A stretch of DNA of 64,000 nucleotides, taken from assembly GCA_037380845.1 (NCBI GenBank), contig JARRRI010000006.1, positions 1-64,000 on the forward strand, given 5' to 3'. The stretch comes from Candidatus Sulfobium sp. Its GTDB lineage: Bacteria; Nitrospirota; Thermodesulfovibrionia; Thermodesulfovibrionales; UBA6898. Positions 18,611-29,800 of the stretch are shown here, piece by piece. Each line of letters begins with the position of its first letter. Position 1 is the stretch's first letter. The position numbers were made by a program, and so were the translations under genes. The notes beneath the pieces were generated by a model. The model did not search any database. It saw only the letters and a program-made list of their open reading frames with translations, and had not been told where the DNA came from.

Positions 18611-19656
18611 TCCTCGTCCTCTTCTTCGCCGCCGCCTGTCGCTTTCGGTATGCTCTCTTCAGAGAGCAGGGCCTGGGCTCCCTTGACCACGAGTTCATCT
18701 CCGGGAGAAAAGCGCCCTGATACGAAGTAGCCTTCATTTAACGGATTCGACGTGGGCACCTGCTCTCTCGCAAAACCCGTTGCGCTTTTTTTGACATAGA
18801 CCCATGCCCTGTCCTGCAGCCATACCACAGCAGAGAGCGGCACAAAAAAGCCTTTCCTGACTCTGCCTGTATGCATCTGTGCCGTCACGTTCATACCGGG
18901 AAGAAGGTTGCCGGAGCTGGAAGAAGCGGCATATATGAAACTTACTCCCTGTATCCTCGGGTCCGTTCTTGTCGCCCGGGAGACAAAGTTCGCGGAGACT
19001 GTGCCCCCCGAGGGAGGCTCTATCCGGATTCTCTTTGCGATCCCCCGGACCGGGAAGGCCGGAGGGACAGTAATCTGCAGAAGGACTTTTCTTGTACCGA
19101 GGACATCCTGTAGCTGGGACGAATAATCGAATATCCATTCCGAGAGGGTGGGGCCCCATTTTACCGCGATCGAATCCTTCGCCGACTGCAAGACGCCTCG
19201 TGCATTGGCCTCCTCGGCCCTGTCGGCTGCAAGCTGCGCTGCGGCAGCCTGAAGCGCCCGGTCCGAGACGTTCTTGGCACTGGCGTTAAGGGTTTTCAGC
19301 CGTTCATACTCCTTTTCAGATGCATTAAGTGCGGCGTTTGCTCTTTCAAGGCCCGTCGTTGCCGCCACATAGGCCCTGCGCGAGGCGTTAATGCCTTCAG
19401 GGTCAAGGACCCTTCCATAGGCCGTCACGCTCATCCGGTGGAGACGCGGTTTCAGCGCCTCCGTAGTTATGCCGCCCGCCTCCTGGGCTTCTTTAGATAT
19501 GGTTACCGTATAAGAGGACTCCGGAACGCCTGTCCGGGCTCCGGGTGATTTTTGGGTATCTTCTCCTTTTACCCCGCTGAGCAGCAGGAACGCGGCGGGG
19601 AGTGCCGTGAAAAGAATAAGAAACGCAAAAAGTCTCCTCGTTCTCCCGCTTTTCAC
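18607..19656 (-). CDS. RND periplasmic adaptor (MFP)
   Basis: N-terminal anchor, helical hairpin, LLPGM, VPLSAVV, VVKGAQALLSEE; 4-bp overlaps with both neighbours. Confidence 0.85.
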   Translation of the reverse strand: MKSGRTRRLFAFLILFTALPAAFLLLSGVKGEDTQKSPGARTGVPESSYTVTISKEAQEAGGITTEALKPRLHRMSVTAYGRVLDPEGINASRRAYVAATTGLERANAALNASEKEYERLKTLNASAKNVSDRALQAAAAQLAADRAEEANARGVLQSAKDSIAVKWGPTLSEWIFDYSSQLQDVLGTRKVLLQITVPPAFPVRGIAKRIRIEPPSGGTVSANFVSRATRTDPRIQGVSFIYAASSSSGNLLPGMNVTAQMHTGRVRKGFFVPLSAVVWLQDRAWVYVKKSATGFAREQVPTSNPLNEGYFVSGRFSPGDELVVKGAQALLSEESIPKATGGGEEEDED

Positions 19657-21053
19657 TTTTTTGTTCCCGCCCCCTGGTAAGAAATCGCCGTCTCAGGGAA
19701 AATATCCTGTCTGTTAAGCGGCTTCTGTACGGCATCCTCCAGCCGCCCCACCGACTCCTGCGCGGTAACAAGGGCATCAAGCCGCGACAGTCTGGCGGTG
19801 ACGAGCTCGATCCTGGCTTCTGTCACCGCAAGAAGATCTGTCTGACCGGCCCTGAACCTCTCCTCAGCCGCCCGGAAAATTTTTCCCTGGCGGGCCAGGA
19901 GAGAATCGGCTGTTTCGAGAAGTTTCAGAGAACCTTTGTAGCCGGCAAAAGCGCGTCCTGTGTCTTCTATGATGCGGGCCTGAAGCGCGATAAACTCCGA
20001 GGCCTTTTCTTTGCGGCGTGCCCGGGCCTCTGCAATCGGACCCTCGTTGCGGTTCAGAAGGGGAAGTATCAATGCCGCTCCGAGTGACCATTCATTGTCA
20101 CCCTGGTCCCAGGTATATGCCGGTCCGAGGTGTATGTCGGGATACTGCCGTGCGATCTCCAGCCGGAGGTCCGCCTGGATTGCCTGGTATTCCGATAGCT
20201 TCGCCAGCAGATCGGCCCTGTTGAGGAGCGCCTCACGGCGGACCTCTGCCGAGTAAAGACCGGCATCCACCTTTTCCATGCTCCCGAAGGAAATATGGAC
20301 CCCCTTGAGTGCTTCTTCGGGAATCCCCATCGAACCGGCGAAGCTTACCCTGGCCTGGATTTCATCCTTACGGACACTGGAAAGGGACAGGGCCGTCTTT
20401 TCCATGGTGATGACCGAGCTTGTCAGCGCATATTGCGATTCTTCTCCGGTTGCGAAACGCTCCCTGAATATGCGGACTATCTTTCTTTGCAGCTCCAGTT
20501 CTTCCTGCAGGATCTGTTCCCTTTTGACGAGAGCGTAAAGGGAAAGCAGATCTTTTCTCAGCCTGCTTCTGACCTGCCACGCCGTATCGGCTATCTCCAT
20601 GCGGGCGGCATCGGAGAGATGGCCGGCGCGGGCAATCCTGTAACCCCTCCTCCCGGCCGTTTCGATGGGAATATCAAGAAAAAATGACAAGGTCCATGGG
20701 GCGAGTCCGCGCGGGTTTGCGTGGTATTGGGGCGTAAATCCGGCGCCGGGATTGGGGCGTTCGCCGGCTGTTATGACCCCTGCTTCCTTCACCTGCCATG
20801 CAGCGCGGGCTACATCGAGGTCCGGGTGATAGTAGAAAGCGGTGAGGGTCAGCATGCGCAAATCCCACGAAGCGGGAGGCCATGGGAATATGGGATGACG
20901 GAGGTTCTTCTCCAGGAACGCCCGCAGCCCGGTGTTGTTTAGTGTACGCCCCTCAAATGCAGACGCCGTCGACGAAGGGTTGAGAGGCTTAGCCTGAAAT
21001 GTTGTACAGCCGGCAAGAAGCACTACAGCTGCAAAAAGGGCGATGTTCCTCAT
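19653..21053 (-). CDS. TolC-family outer-membrane lipoprotein
   Basis: Lipobox LAGC, two OEP-type repeats. Confidence 0.9.
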   Translation of the reverse strand: MRNIALFAAVVLLAGCTTFQAKPLNPSSTASAFEGRTLNNTGLRAFLEKNLRHPIFPWPPASWDLRMLTLTAFYYHPDLDVARAAWQVKEAGVITAGERPNPGAGFTPQYHANPRGLAPWTLSFFLDIPIETAGRRGYRIARAGHLSDAARMEIADTAWQVRSRLRKDLLSLYALVKREQILQEELELQRKIVRIFRERFATGEESQYALTSSVITMEKTALSLSSVRKDEIQARVSFAGSMGIPEEALKGVHISFGSMEKVDAGLYSAEVRREALLNRADLLAKLSEYQAIQADLRLEIARQYPDIHLGPAYTWDQGDNEWSLGAALILPLLNRNEGPIAEARARRKEKASEFIALQARIIEDTGRAFAGYKGSLKLLETADSLLARQGKIFRAAEERFRAGQTDLLAVTEARIELVTARLSRLDALVTAQESVGRLEDAVQKPLNRQDIFPETAISYQGAGTKK

Positions 21054-21066
21054 TAGCCGGCGATCT

Positions 21067-21453
21067 CTAAACGTTTTCGACCACTTTCTTCAGCCTGGCG
21101 CGTACCTGTTCGGCTACCTGTCCCAGTTTGGGATTGTCGATGGCCTGCATGGATGCCACGGGGTCGATTGCGGCTATTTCAGTCTTGCCCGCGGCGAGTT
21201 GCTGGACTATAACATTACAGGGGAGCATGGTTCCAATCTTGTCTTCGATCTGAAGCGCCTGGTGTGCGAAGTGCGGGTTGCACGCCCCGAGGATGGTGTA
21301 AGGCCTGAAGTCCTCATTCAGCTTCTTCCTGATCGTCTCTTTCACGTCGATGGTCGTCATTATCCCGAATCCTTCCTTCTTCAGATCCTCCGTGACTTTT
21401 TCAAGCACCTTTTCGAAGGGCATGTCGACCGTTTTGTTGAAGTAGTAGCTCAT
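21067..21453 (-). CDS. DUF302 protein
   Basis: GFGIMTTID, ILGACNP, MLPCNVIV. Confidence 0.9.
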   Translation of the reverse strand: MSYYFNKTVDMPFEKVLEKVTEDLKKEGFGIMTTIDVKETIRKKLNEDFRPYTILGACNPHFAHQALQIEDKIGTMLPCNVIVQQLAAGKTEIAAIDPVASMQAIDNPKLGQVAEQVRARLKKVVENV

Positions 21454-21502
21454 CTCTTGCTCCTTTCTCCTTCCGGTCCTTTGAGGATGAACAACGCTGC
21501 CC

Positions 21503-22135
21503 TCAGCGCCGCATGAGTGACAGGATTATATCCGTGCCCATCCCCTGGTCCATACCCAGCCGGATCATCAGGATGGCGAGAGGTTCCAGATAACGGGCGC
21601 TCCTGAGCGGGCCGGCGTCCACGGGCTCAAACCCCGTCTGGACGATCAGATCTGACACCACCCTCTTGGCCTCCGCGTCATCACCGCAGTAAAGCATCGT
21701 CGGCATCCTGGAGCCGAAGAGCCTGGAATTCGAATGATATATTTCGGCAAAGACCGTGTTGAATGCCTTTACGACACGTGCTCCAGGCAAAAGCGCGGCA
21801 ACCTCTTCGCCGCCCGATGTCGTAAGCCCGACTTCCAGGTCGTCAGAGTCCGGTGTGAGGGGATTGGTGCAATCTATCACTATCTTGGCACTGATCGGCC
21901 CGGCCGCCGTTACTGCGGCCTGTACGGACTGCCACTCTACCGCCAGCAGGACTATATCACCGTGCGCCACAGCCTGCGCCGGTTCGCCCCACAGCGCATT
22001 TGGATGGGAAGCGGCGAGATCCTTCAATTTTTCCGGGCTGTGTGAGAAACTGTACATGACGGAGTGGCCTTTTTTCGACCAGATATTCCCCAGCCCGCTC
22101 CCCATGTCTCCTGAGCCGATAATTCCGATGTTCAC
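21503..22135 (-). CDS. NADP oxidoreductase, F420_oxidored family
   Basis: GIIGSGDMG, DCTNP, VVKAFNT, DAGPL. Confidence 0.88.
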   Translation of the reverse strand: MNIGIIGSGDMGSGLGNIWSKKGHSVMYSFSHSPEKLKDLAASHPNALWGEPAQAVAHGDIVLLAVEWQSVQAAVTAAGPISAKIVIDCTNPLTPDSDDLEVGLTTSGGEEVAALLPGARVVKAFNTVFAEIYHSNSRLFGSRMPTMLYCGDDAEAKRVVSDLIVQTGFEPVDAGPLRSARYLEPLAILMIRLGMDQGMGTDIILSLMRR

Positions 22136-22253
22136 TCAGACTCCTTATAGGTGGTTGCTAACTAAAAAGTAGCAGAGGGGAGGGTGGTTGTCAAATAGGA
22201 CAGCTTTAAGCTATCGGCAGTCAGCCATCAGCTGCAGCTTGCCAAAATTTCCC

Positions 22254-23180
22254 TTACCCCGGCTCCCTTAACTCCCTGATCTTTTCTTCCATATCATCCG
22301 GCAGGCCGCTTGTAAATTCCATGTATTCTCCACTTATAGGATGGACAAAGCCCAGGAGCGCGGCGTGGAGCATCTGCCTGGGAAAGGTGACTTTCTTCCG
22401 GTTTATTTCGATGGATGTCTTTTTCCCGTAAGTCCTGTCGCCGAGAACCGGATGGCCGAGGGCCGCGAAATGGACCCGTATCTGGTGAGTCCTTCCAGTG
22501 CCGAGTCGGGCCTCGATAAGAGTCGCGCCTGCCAGACGCTCGACGACTTTCCAACCCGTCACCGCCTCCTTGCCCCTTCTCACCCTGGTGGACATCTTCT
22601 TTCTGTCGGACTCCGAGCGGCCGATCTTCAGCGATATCTCTCCGCTGTCTTCGGCGAGAGGTCCGCTGACGAGGCCGACGTACTTTCTGTTGATAGTTCT
22701 GTTTTTGAATTGTTCGACAAGGTCGTAGTACGCCCGGTCATCGAGCGCGACCACCATAACACCCGATGTGTCCCTGTCGAGCCTGTGTACAACCCCCGGT
22801 CTGAGCGGGCCGCCTACGGAGGCGAGTTTTCTGCTGCGGAAAGCCAGGGCGTTCATAAGAGTCCCGCTGTCATGACCGGCCCCAGGGTAAACTACCATGG
22901 ATGGGGGCTTGTTGACGACGGCCACGAAATCATCAATATACAGGATTTCAAGGAGAATATTCTCAGGGCGGAGGGTCTCTTCCTTATCAGGGATCGTTAT
23001 GGATATGATGTCGCCTGCCTTTGTCTTGTAGTTGGGTTTGACGGCTCCTTTGTCTATGGTGAGAAGTCCTTTCTCGATGAGGCGCCGGACGCGCGAACGC
23101 GTGAGGCCGGCCATTTCGGATGCGGCGATGTCTACGCGTTGCCCGGCCTCGGTCGGGGTGACGTGAAGGTCGAATCTCAT
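22254..23180 (-). CDS. rluD: RluA/RluD pseudouridine synthase
   Basis: S4 domain, VHRLDRDTSG, GRTHQIRVH. Confidence 0.92.
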   Translation of the reverse strand: MRFDLHVTPTEAGQRVDIAASEMAGLTRSRVRRLIEKGLLTIDKGAVKPNYKTKAGDIISITIPDKEETLRPENILLEILYIDDFVAVVNKPPSMVVYPGAGHDSGTLMNALAFRSRKLASVGGPLRPGVVHRLDRDTSGVMVVALDDRAYYDLVEQFKNRTINRKYVGLVSGPLAEDSGEISLKIGRSESDRKKMSTRVRRGKEAVTGWKVVERLAGATLIEARLGTGRTHQIRVHFAALGHPVLGDRTYGKKTSIEINRKKVTFPRQMLHAALLGFVHPISGEYMEFTSGLPDDMEEKIRELREPG

Positions 23181-23234
23181 ACATGGTAATTGTAACTCAA
23201 AAATTTAAAATGGGCTCAATCCGAGACATGCATC

Positions 23235-23648
23235 GTGCCGGATGTTCGGTACAGTTACAAAAAAACCGACGCGACGAGGCTGAGGATCCTGATGCTGCTC
23301 ACTAAGAGAGAATTGTGCGTATGTCAGATCATGGGGGTCCTCGGCGTCTCGCAGCCCCTCGTATCCCGCAATCTCCACCTTCTATACGAGGCCGGCTTTC
23401 TCCGGGAGCGTAAGGAAGGGAAACTTGTCTACTATTCTCTGGATAAGGACATGGGACCGGTCAATCGCAGGATTGTGCGTCTGTTGAAGGCCCTCCTGGA
23501 ATCTGATAGGATTCTAGCAAGGGATTTGAAGTCTCTCGGCGAGTGCGAGGAATTTCAGAAAAAAACGGGCAAGTGTGACATGAAAACCTTTTCGGACTTC
23601 ATGAAGAAGAAGAGGAAGAAAGTCGCACGGGAGATGGCAGGTAAGTAA
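23235..23648 (+). CDS. ArsR/SmtB regulator (N-terminus atypical)
   Basis: TRLRILMLL, ELCVC, SQPLVSRNL, GKLVYY. Confidence 0.8.
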   Translation: MPDVRYSYKKTDATRLRILMLLTKRELCVCQIMGVLGVSQPLVSRNLHLLYEAGFLRERKEGKLVYYSLDKDMGPVNRRIVRLLKALLESDRILARDLKSLGECEEFQKKTGKCDMKTFSDFMKKKRKKVAREMAGK

Positions 23649-23653
23649 TTTCC

Positions 23654-25024
23654 ATGTACAGACGCATTGTTTTCATAACAGTGCTGGCGGTTGCATGCAA
23701 TGCGGTCTGGTTTTCCGCGGCGACCTGGGCTGAGAAGACTCTGACACTCACGGAGGCCGTTCAATATTCGCTGAAGGACAACCCCGGGGTACTTGCCTTC
23801 AGGGAGTCCGTCCTGGCTCAGAAAGAAGATATCGGCATTGCCCGGAGTCTCATGCTGCCGAAGCTCAATTTTGAAGAAAGGTATATGAGGACGAACAACC
23901 CCACTTATGCCTTCATGGCGAAGCTCAACCAGGAGCGTTTTTCCCAGCAGGACTTCGCCATAAGTTCGCTGAACAGCCCCTCGCCGATAAATGACTTCCA
24001 GACGAGTTTTTCCCTTGAGCAGGCGGTCTTCGCACCTAAGGCATACATCGCGCTGGACATGGCGAAGAAAGAGGCCGCGGCCAGGGGGGACGAGTTTGAC
24101 AGGAAAAAGGAAGAGACCGCCTTCCGCGTATTCAAGACGTACCTGGGAGTGCAGACGGCGAAGGCGTATGTGGGCGTTGCCGAGAAGGGCGTCGAGGACG
24201 CAAAGGAACACCGCCGGATCGCCGAATCGCGCTACAGGAACAATCTGGGACTTTATTCCGACGTTCTCAGGGCACAGGTGGCCATGTCTTCGGCGGAGGA
24301 GAAGATGGTTTCCGCCCGAAAGAACCTGGCGGTTGCAAAGAGGGCCCTCGGTCTGATGCTGGGATTGACCGAATCGGTAAATGTAACTGACGAAAGACCT
24401 TCCTTCGAGGTAAGGAATATCGACCACTATTATGACAAGTCGCTCCAGAGAAAAGACCTGCACTCATTGCAGGAGCGTTACAGGAATGCCAGAAACGCCC
24501 TGAAGATGGCGAACGCAGGATACCTGCCGGTTGTGGGAGTGGGGGGGACCTATCAGTTGAATGACCATCGCAGTCCCTTCGCCGGAGAGGGTGACAGTTG
24601 GCAGCTGGTAGCATTTCTGAGGTGGCATATCTTTGACGGAACCAGGCGGGAGCATGAGAGGGAAAAGGCAAAGCACAAAATCGCTGAAACGGGCGAATAT
24701 CTCGACGGGTTCAGGAAGGAATTGCGCTTCAGGGTCTATGATGCTTATCTCGGAGTGGACGAGTCGAAGAAAGGCCTGGAGCTTGCGAAGGCTGCGCTGA
24801 AATCCGCGGAAGAAGGCAGACGGCTCGTCCTGAAGAGATATGAAAACTCGCTTTCTACTATTGTCGACCTGCTCGACGTACAGACGAGTCTCGATGCCGC
24901 ACGGGCCGATGTGGTCAGAAAAGAGGGTGCCTATTTGACGGCGATAGCAAACCTCGGATTCCAGAGCGGAACACTGCTCCATGAACTCGGGGTGGAGGAC
25001 CGGCAAGGACCGAGTGCTGAATAG
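23654..25024 (+). CDS. TolC-family outer-membrane protein
   Basis: Signal peptide, two OEP repeats. Confidence 0.9.
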   Translation: MYRRIVFITVLAVACNAVWFSAATWAEKTLTLTEAVQYSLKDNPGVLAFRESVLAQKEDIGIARSLMLPKLNFEERYMRTNNPTYAFMAKLNQERFSQQDFAISSLNSPSPINDFQTSFSLEQAVFAPKAYIALDMAKKEAAARGDEFDRKKEETAFRVFKTYLGVQTAKAYVGVAEKGVEDAKEHRRIAESRYRNNLGLYSDVLRAQVAMSSAEEKMVSARKNLAVAKRALGLMLGLTESVNVTDERPSFEVRNIDHYYDKSLQRKDLHSLQERYRNARNALKMANAGYLPVVGVGGTYQLNDHRSPFAGEGDSWQLVAFLRWHIFDGTRREHEREKAKHKIAETGEYLDGFRKELRFRVYDAYLGVDESKKGLELAKAALKSAEEGRRLVLKRYENSLSTIVDLLDVQTSLDAARADVVRKEGAYLTAIANLGFQSGTLLHELGVEDRQGPSAE

Positions 25025-25344
25025 AGGAGAAGGCGAACGTGCTGAAATGGTCTATAAATTCGGCAAGCATTAATTCTGGTTCACGTAAACGCGATTTCAG
25101 CCTTAAAAGCTTTTTTAAAAGAAGCAGGATGACCATTTTCATGGACTGTGCGGAGCCTCGGGTTATGGACTTTTTCAGCACGTCCGCCTTCTTATGTCTT
25201 TTTGTGGCGGGATGTAAAAATTGCTTCCACGCCTCCCTTGATGCAGAGAGGAATCTTATCCCTCTCCGGCAAAGAGGGCTTGCCTGCCGTCGGGCAGGGA
25301 CGGGGAGTGTTGCGATGAATGTTAAGTCAATCAGGAGGCTGTCA

Positions 25345-26538
25345 ATGCTGCCGAACAAACTTAATGCGATACCGATAGTTGCCCTTACCCTGGCTATTCT
25401 CCTGGGCGGCTGTAAGGGAAAGGTTGAGCCGGGGACCGCTGAGGTGAAAAGACAGCGGGTTAGCGGCGTGAAGGTGGAGACGATACGGCCCGCCGAGGTC
25501 GACAAGTATTACGAAACCTCGGGGACTGTCATCGCGGACTCCGTAAGCGTTATCTCAAGCAGGATAATGGGTACAATCACTTCGATGAAAGTGAAGGAGG
25601 GCGATAAGGTACGAGCCGGGCAGCTTCTCCTTACAGTGGACAACAGGGACATACAACAGAAGGTCAAGGCTGCAAAAGAAAGCTACGAAGAGGCGAAGAA
25701 GGGACTGGAGGCGGCGAAGGAAAACAGGGACCTGGTCAATATCACTTACAGGAGATACAAGAACCTCTATGACGAAAAGGCGCTCACCGGACAGGAGCTT
25801 GACCAGATCCGGACCAAAAAGAAGGTTGCAGACATTGAATTGGCAAGGGCAAAGGCCGGTGTGAGGCGGGCCGAGGCAGGACTCGGGGAGGCGGAGGTAA
25901 ACCAGGGATTCGGACGCGTGACCGCCCCGACAGCGGGTATTGTTACGAACAAGAACGCAGACGCCGGCAGCATGGCGGTTCCCGGAAACCCTCTGATGAA
26001 TATCGAAGACAATTCGTCCTACAGGCTAGAGATAAAGGGGAACGAGTCTTTATCGGGACGGATTACCGCGGGGATGGAGGCGGACATTTTCATCGGCGCT
26101 CTGGACAGGCATTTCAGGGGGCGGGTAGTAGAGGTTGTCCCTTCCGTGAATCCGGCAAGCAGAAGTTTTGTCGTTAAAATACATCTCAGCGGGGAGGGGC
26201 TCAGAAGCGGCTTTTACGGCAGGGTCTCCATTGCGGTGGGTAAGAAGGAGGTCCTCCTGGTTCCGGCCGGTGCAGTCGTGGAGAGAGGAGAATTGACCGG
26301 CCTTTATACAGTTGGTAATGACAACGTGATTAAGTATACGTTGATCAGGGTCGGGAAGACTTTTGGAGGCAAGGTGGAAGTGCTCTCCGGACTTGAGCCG
26401 GATGACAGGGTGATCGTGGAAGGCATTGACAGGGCCGTCGACGGAGGGCTTTATGTCGGTGAAGTGAAAAGTCCAGGTAATACAACTGAAAAGGCGGGAA
26501 ATCCTTTCAGTATGGAGTTCATGGCTGACGGTGAATAA
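25345..26538 (+). CDS. RND periplasmic adaptor (lipoprotein)
   Basis: AGGAGG RBS before ATG 25345, lipobox LGGC, VKEGDKV, VTAP. The longer ORF-track start runs through intergenic repeats. Confidence 0.88.
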   Translation: MLPNKLNAIPIVALTLAILLGGCKGKVEPGTAEVKRQRVSGVKVETIRPAEVDKYYETSGTVIADSVSVISSRIMGTITSMKVKEGDKVRAGQLLLTVDNRDIQQKVKAAKESYEEAKKGLEAAKENRDLVNITYRRYKNLYDEKALTGQELDQIRTKKKVADIELARAKAGVRRAEAGLGEAEVNQGFGRVTAPTAGIVTNKNADAGSMAVPGNPLMNIEDNSSYRLEIKGNESLSGRITAGMEADIFIGALDRHFRGRVVEVVPSVNPASRSFVVKIHLSGEGLRSGFYGRVSIAVGKKEVLLVPAGAVVERGELTGLYTVGNDNVIKYTLIRVGKTFGGKVEVLSGLEPDDRVIVEGIDRAVDGGLYVGEVKSPGNTTEKAGNPFSMEFMADGE

Positions 26539-26572
26539 TCCGGAAAATCTCACCTGGCCCCTGTCCGGGTTC

Positions 26573-26701
26573 ATAACTCCACCTTCCCCCTCTTATCTAA
26601 AAGGGGGTGCCGAAGGCGGGGCGTTATCCACGAGGGGTATTGTCCCTCCCCTTGGCAAAGGGGGTTTACCCGCCTCTGGCGGCGCCGAAGGCGACCAGGG
26701 G
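26573..26701. repeat. Composite intergenic palindromic repeat
   Basis: 26573-26664 is an inverted copy of 30484-30577; 26664-26701 is an inverted copy of 10556-10593 (34/38 identical). Confidence 0.8.
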
Positions 26702-26828
26702 TCAGGAGGGATTTTATTGAACTGCCCGGGTTACTTGTGAATCCAATTGAGGAAGGGAATTCTCTCTGAGTTTGATAAGACACCGTCGTGATTCCTTATG
26801 TAAATGAGAATATAAAGAGGCCCATCGA

Positions 26829-29800
26829 ATGAATGACCTCGGCATAGCCGGAAAAATCGCCAAGGCGTTTATCAGTTCCAGGCTTACGCCTCTTATCGTA
26901 ATCGCTGCGCTCATCCTCGGGGTTTTTGCGGTCATCTCCACGCCGAGGGAGGAAGAGCCCCAAATACTTGTCCCCATGATTGACGTGATGGTCGCCTATC
27001 CCGGGGCCTCTGCGAAAGAGGTCGAGGAAAGGGTGACGAGTCCCGTCGAGAAACTGATGTGGGAGATCAAGGGGGTCAAGTATGTCTATTCAATGGCAAA
27101 GCCGGGCATGGGGCTGGTTATAGTCAGGTTCGAGGTGGGAGAGGAGATGGAGACGAGCCTGGTGAAGCTCTATAACAAGCTCATGTCGAATTACGATATG
27201 ATCCCGCCGGGTGTCGCCCAGCCTCTTGTAAAGCCGAAATCCATAAACGACGTCCCCATAGCCACATTTACCCTGTGGAGCGACAAATATCACGGGTATG
27301 AACTCAGGCGGGTGGCCGTCGAGGTGTGCAATGAGCTGAAGAAGGACGAGAATGTGTCCGAAACGAGTGTTATCGGGGGACAGAGAAGACAGGTGCGGGT
27401 GGTCTTCGATCCTCTCAGGTTGAGGGCTTACCACACCTCTCCTTTCCAGATCATAGGGGCGCTAAAGAAGGCCAATTTTATTCTTCCGTCCGGCGCGTTT
27501 TCTTCGGATAACAGGGAGTTTCTGGTCGACACAGGTGCCTTCCTCAAGGACTCTGATGAAGTCGGAGACCTCGTCACCGGTGTCCATAATGGGAAGCCTG
27601 TATATCTGAAGGATGTGGCTGACATAAAAGACGGTCCGGAGGAGCCTGCCGATTACGTTTTCATGGGACTGGGCCCTCAAGCGGCAGCAAAGGGCGTCAG
27701 CGCCAAATATTCGAAGTCCGGAGAGTATGAAGCCGTAACGATCACGATGGCGAAGAAGAAGGGCTCCAATGCGACCATAATCGCAGAGGGCGCCCTGCGG
27801 AAGATAAATGCCCTGAAGGGGACGATCATACCCTCCGGCGTGGAGGTTACAACCACACGGAATTACGGGGAGACGGCCAATGAGAAATCGAACGAGCTTC
27901 TCGAACATCTCCTTATCGCGACTATCTCGGTAATAATGCTGATTGCATTGGCTCTGGGCTGGCGGGAAGCGATTGTCGTCGCAGTGGCGGTGCCCGTGAC
28001 ACTGGCCCTCACACTTTTGATCAATTATCTCTATGGCTATACCCTCAACAGGGTGACCCTTTTTGCCCTCATATTCTCGATAGGTATTCTGGTCGATGAT
28101 GCCATAGTCGTTGTCGAGAATATTCACAGGCATTTCAGGATGCACAGGATAAGCAGACTTACCGCCGTGCTGGCTGTGGACGAAGTCGGTAACCCAACGA
28201 TCCTCGCTACGTTCGCGGTCATCGCGGCCCTCATGCCCATGGCCTTCGTGCGGGGGCTCATGGGCCCCTACATGAGGCCCATCCCGGTGGGCGCATCGGC
28301 AGCGATGATCTTTTCATTGCTGATTGCGTTCATCGTCAGTCCATACATGAGTTATCATGCACTCAAGGGTGTCAGGAGGAAAGGGAAGGGCGGGGGAGAA
28401 GGAGATAAAGAGGAGGCGAAGACCTTCCACAAGATTTATGAGAGGACGCTGGGACCGCTCCTCGACAACAAATGGAAGCGGGCCTCAGCACTCGGCGTCG
28501 TTCTCCTCCTGCTGGGCCTTGCCCTGCTCCTCATTCCGCTCAAGGCCGTGGAACTGAAGATGCTTCCTTTCGATAATAAGAGCGAGCTTCAGGTGGTCGT
28601 CAACCTGCCGGAGGACGTGACTCTCGAAGAGAGCGCTGCTCTTGCCCGCGACATGGGGGAATATCTGAAGACAGTGCCAGAGGTAACGGACTACCAGTCC
28701 TACATCGGGACGGCGGCCCCCTTCAATTTCAACGGACTGGTCCGCCATTATTATCTCCGTTCGGGCAGCAATGTCGTAGGTATCCAGGTCAGTTTTGTTC
28801 CCAAAGGCATGAGGAGTGCGCAGAGCCACGCTATCGCGAAGCGGATCAGGCCTTTCCTTCACAAGATCGGTGAAAGGTACAACTCAAAAGTGATAATAGC
28901 CGAGATACCGCCGGGTCCCCCCGTCCTCAGCACTCTTGTGGCGGAGGTATATGGCCCGGACTTGAAGGGCAGAATAGATGTGGCCCGGAAAATCAAGCAT
29001 ATCTTCGAGACTACCGAAGGGGTGGTGGATGTGGACTGGTATGTGGAGGCAAATCAAAGGAAATTCGTCCTCGACGTGGACAAGGAAAAGGCGGCGCAGA
29101 ACGGCGTTACCACGAAAGCCGCTTCGGAGACCCTGAGGACCGTTTTGGGGGGCATGCCAGCGGGCCTCGTCCATTTCGAGAGGGAAAAGGAGCCTGTAGA
29201 GATCCTGCTCAGGGCGCCTCTCCGGGAACGTTCCGGCCTCGCATCCCTGGAAGAGGTTTCGGTGCCGTCGTCAGCGGGCGGATTCATCCCTCTTTCGCAG
29301 CTCGTGAAAGTCCGGAAAGAGATACAGGACAAGACGATTTATCATAAAAACCTGAAGGGCGTAACATATGTCATTGGAGACGTTGCGGGCGCCGCCGAAA
29401 GCCCCGTTTACGCCATACTCAAAATGAAGGACAGGATCGGAAGGATAGCCGTTCCGGGCGGATATAAGCTCAGGCAGTATTATACCGCCCAGCCCTGGCT
29501 TACGGACCATTACGGAATGAAGTGGGACGGTGAATGGCAGATAACGTATGAGGTCTTCAGGGACCTCGGCATTGCCTTCGGGGCCGTACTTATCCTGATC
29601 TACATTCTGGTTGTGGCGTGGTTCAGAAATTTCGTTACACCCCTGATCATAATGGTGCCGATCCCGCTGACGCTCGTGGGGATCCTTCCAGGTCACTGGA
29701 TATTCGGTGCCTTCTTCACCGCCACGTCCATGATCGGCTTCATAGCACTGGCGGGAATAATCGTAAGGAACTCTGTCCTTCTCATCGATTTTGTCGAGAT

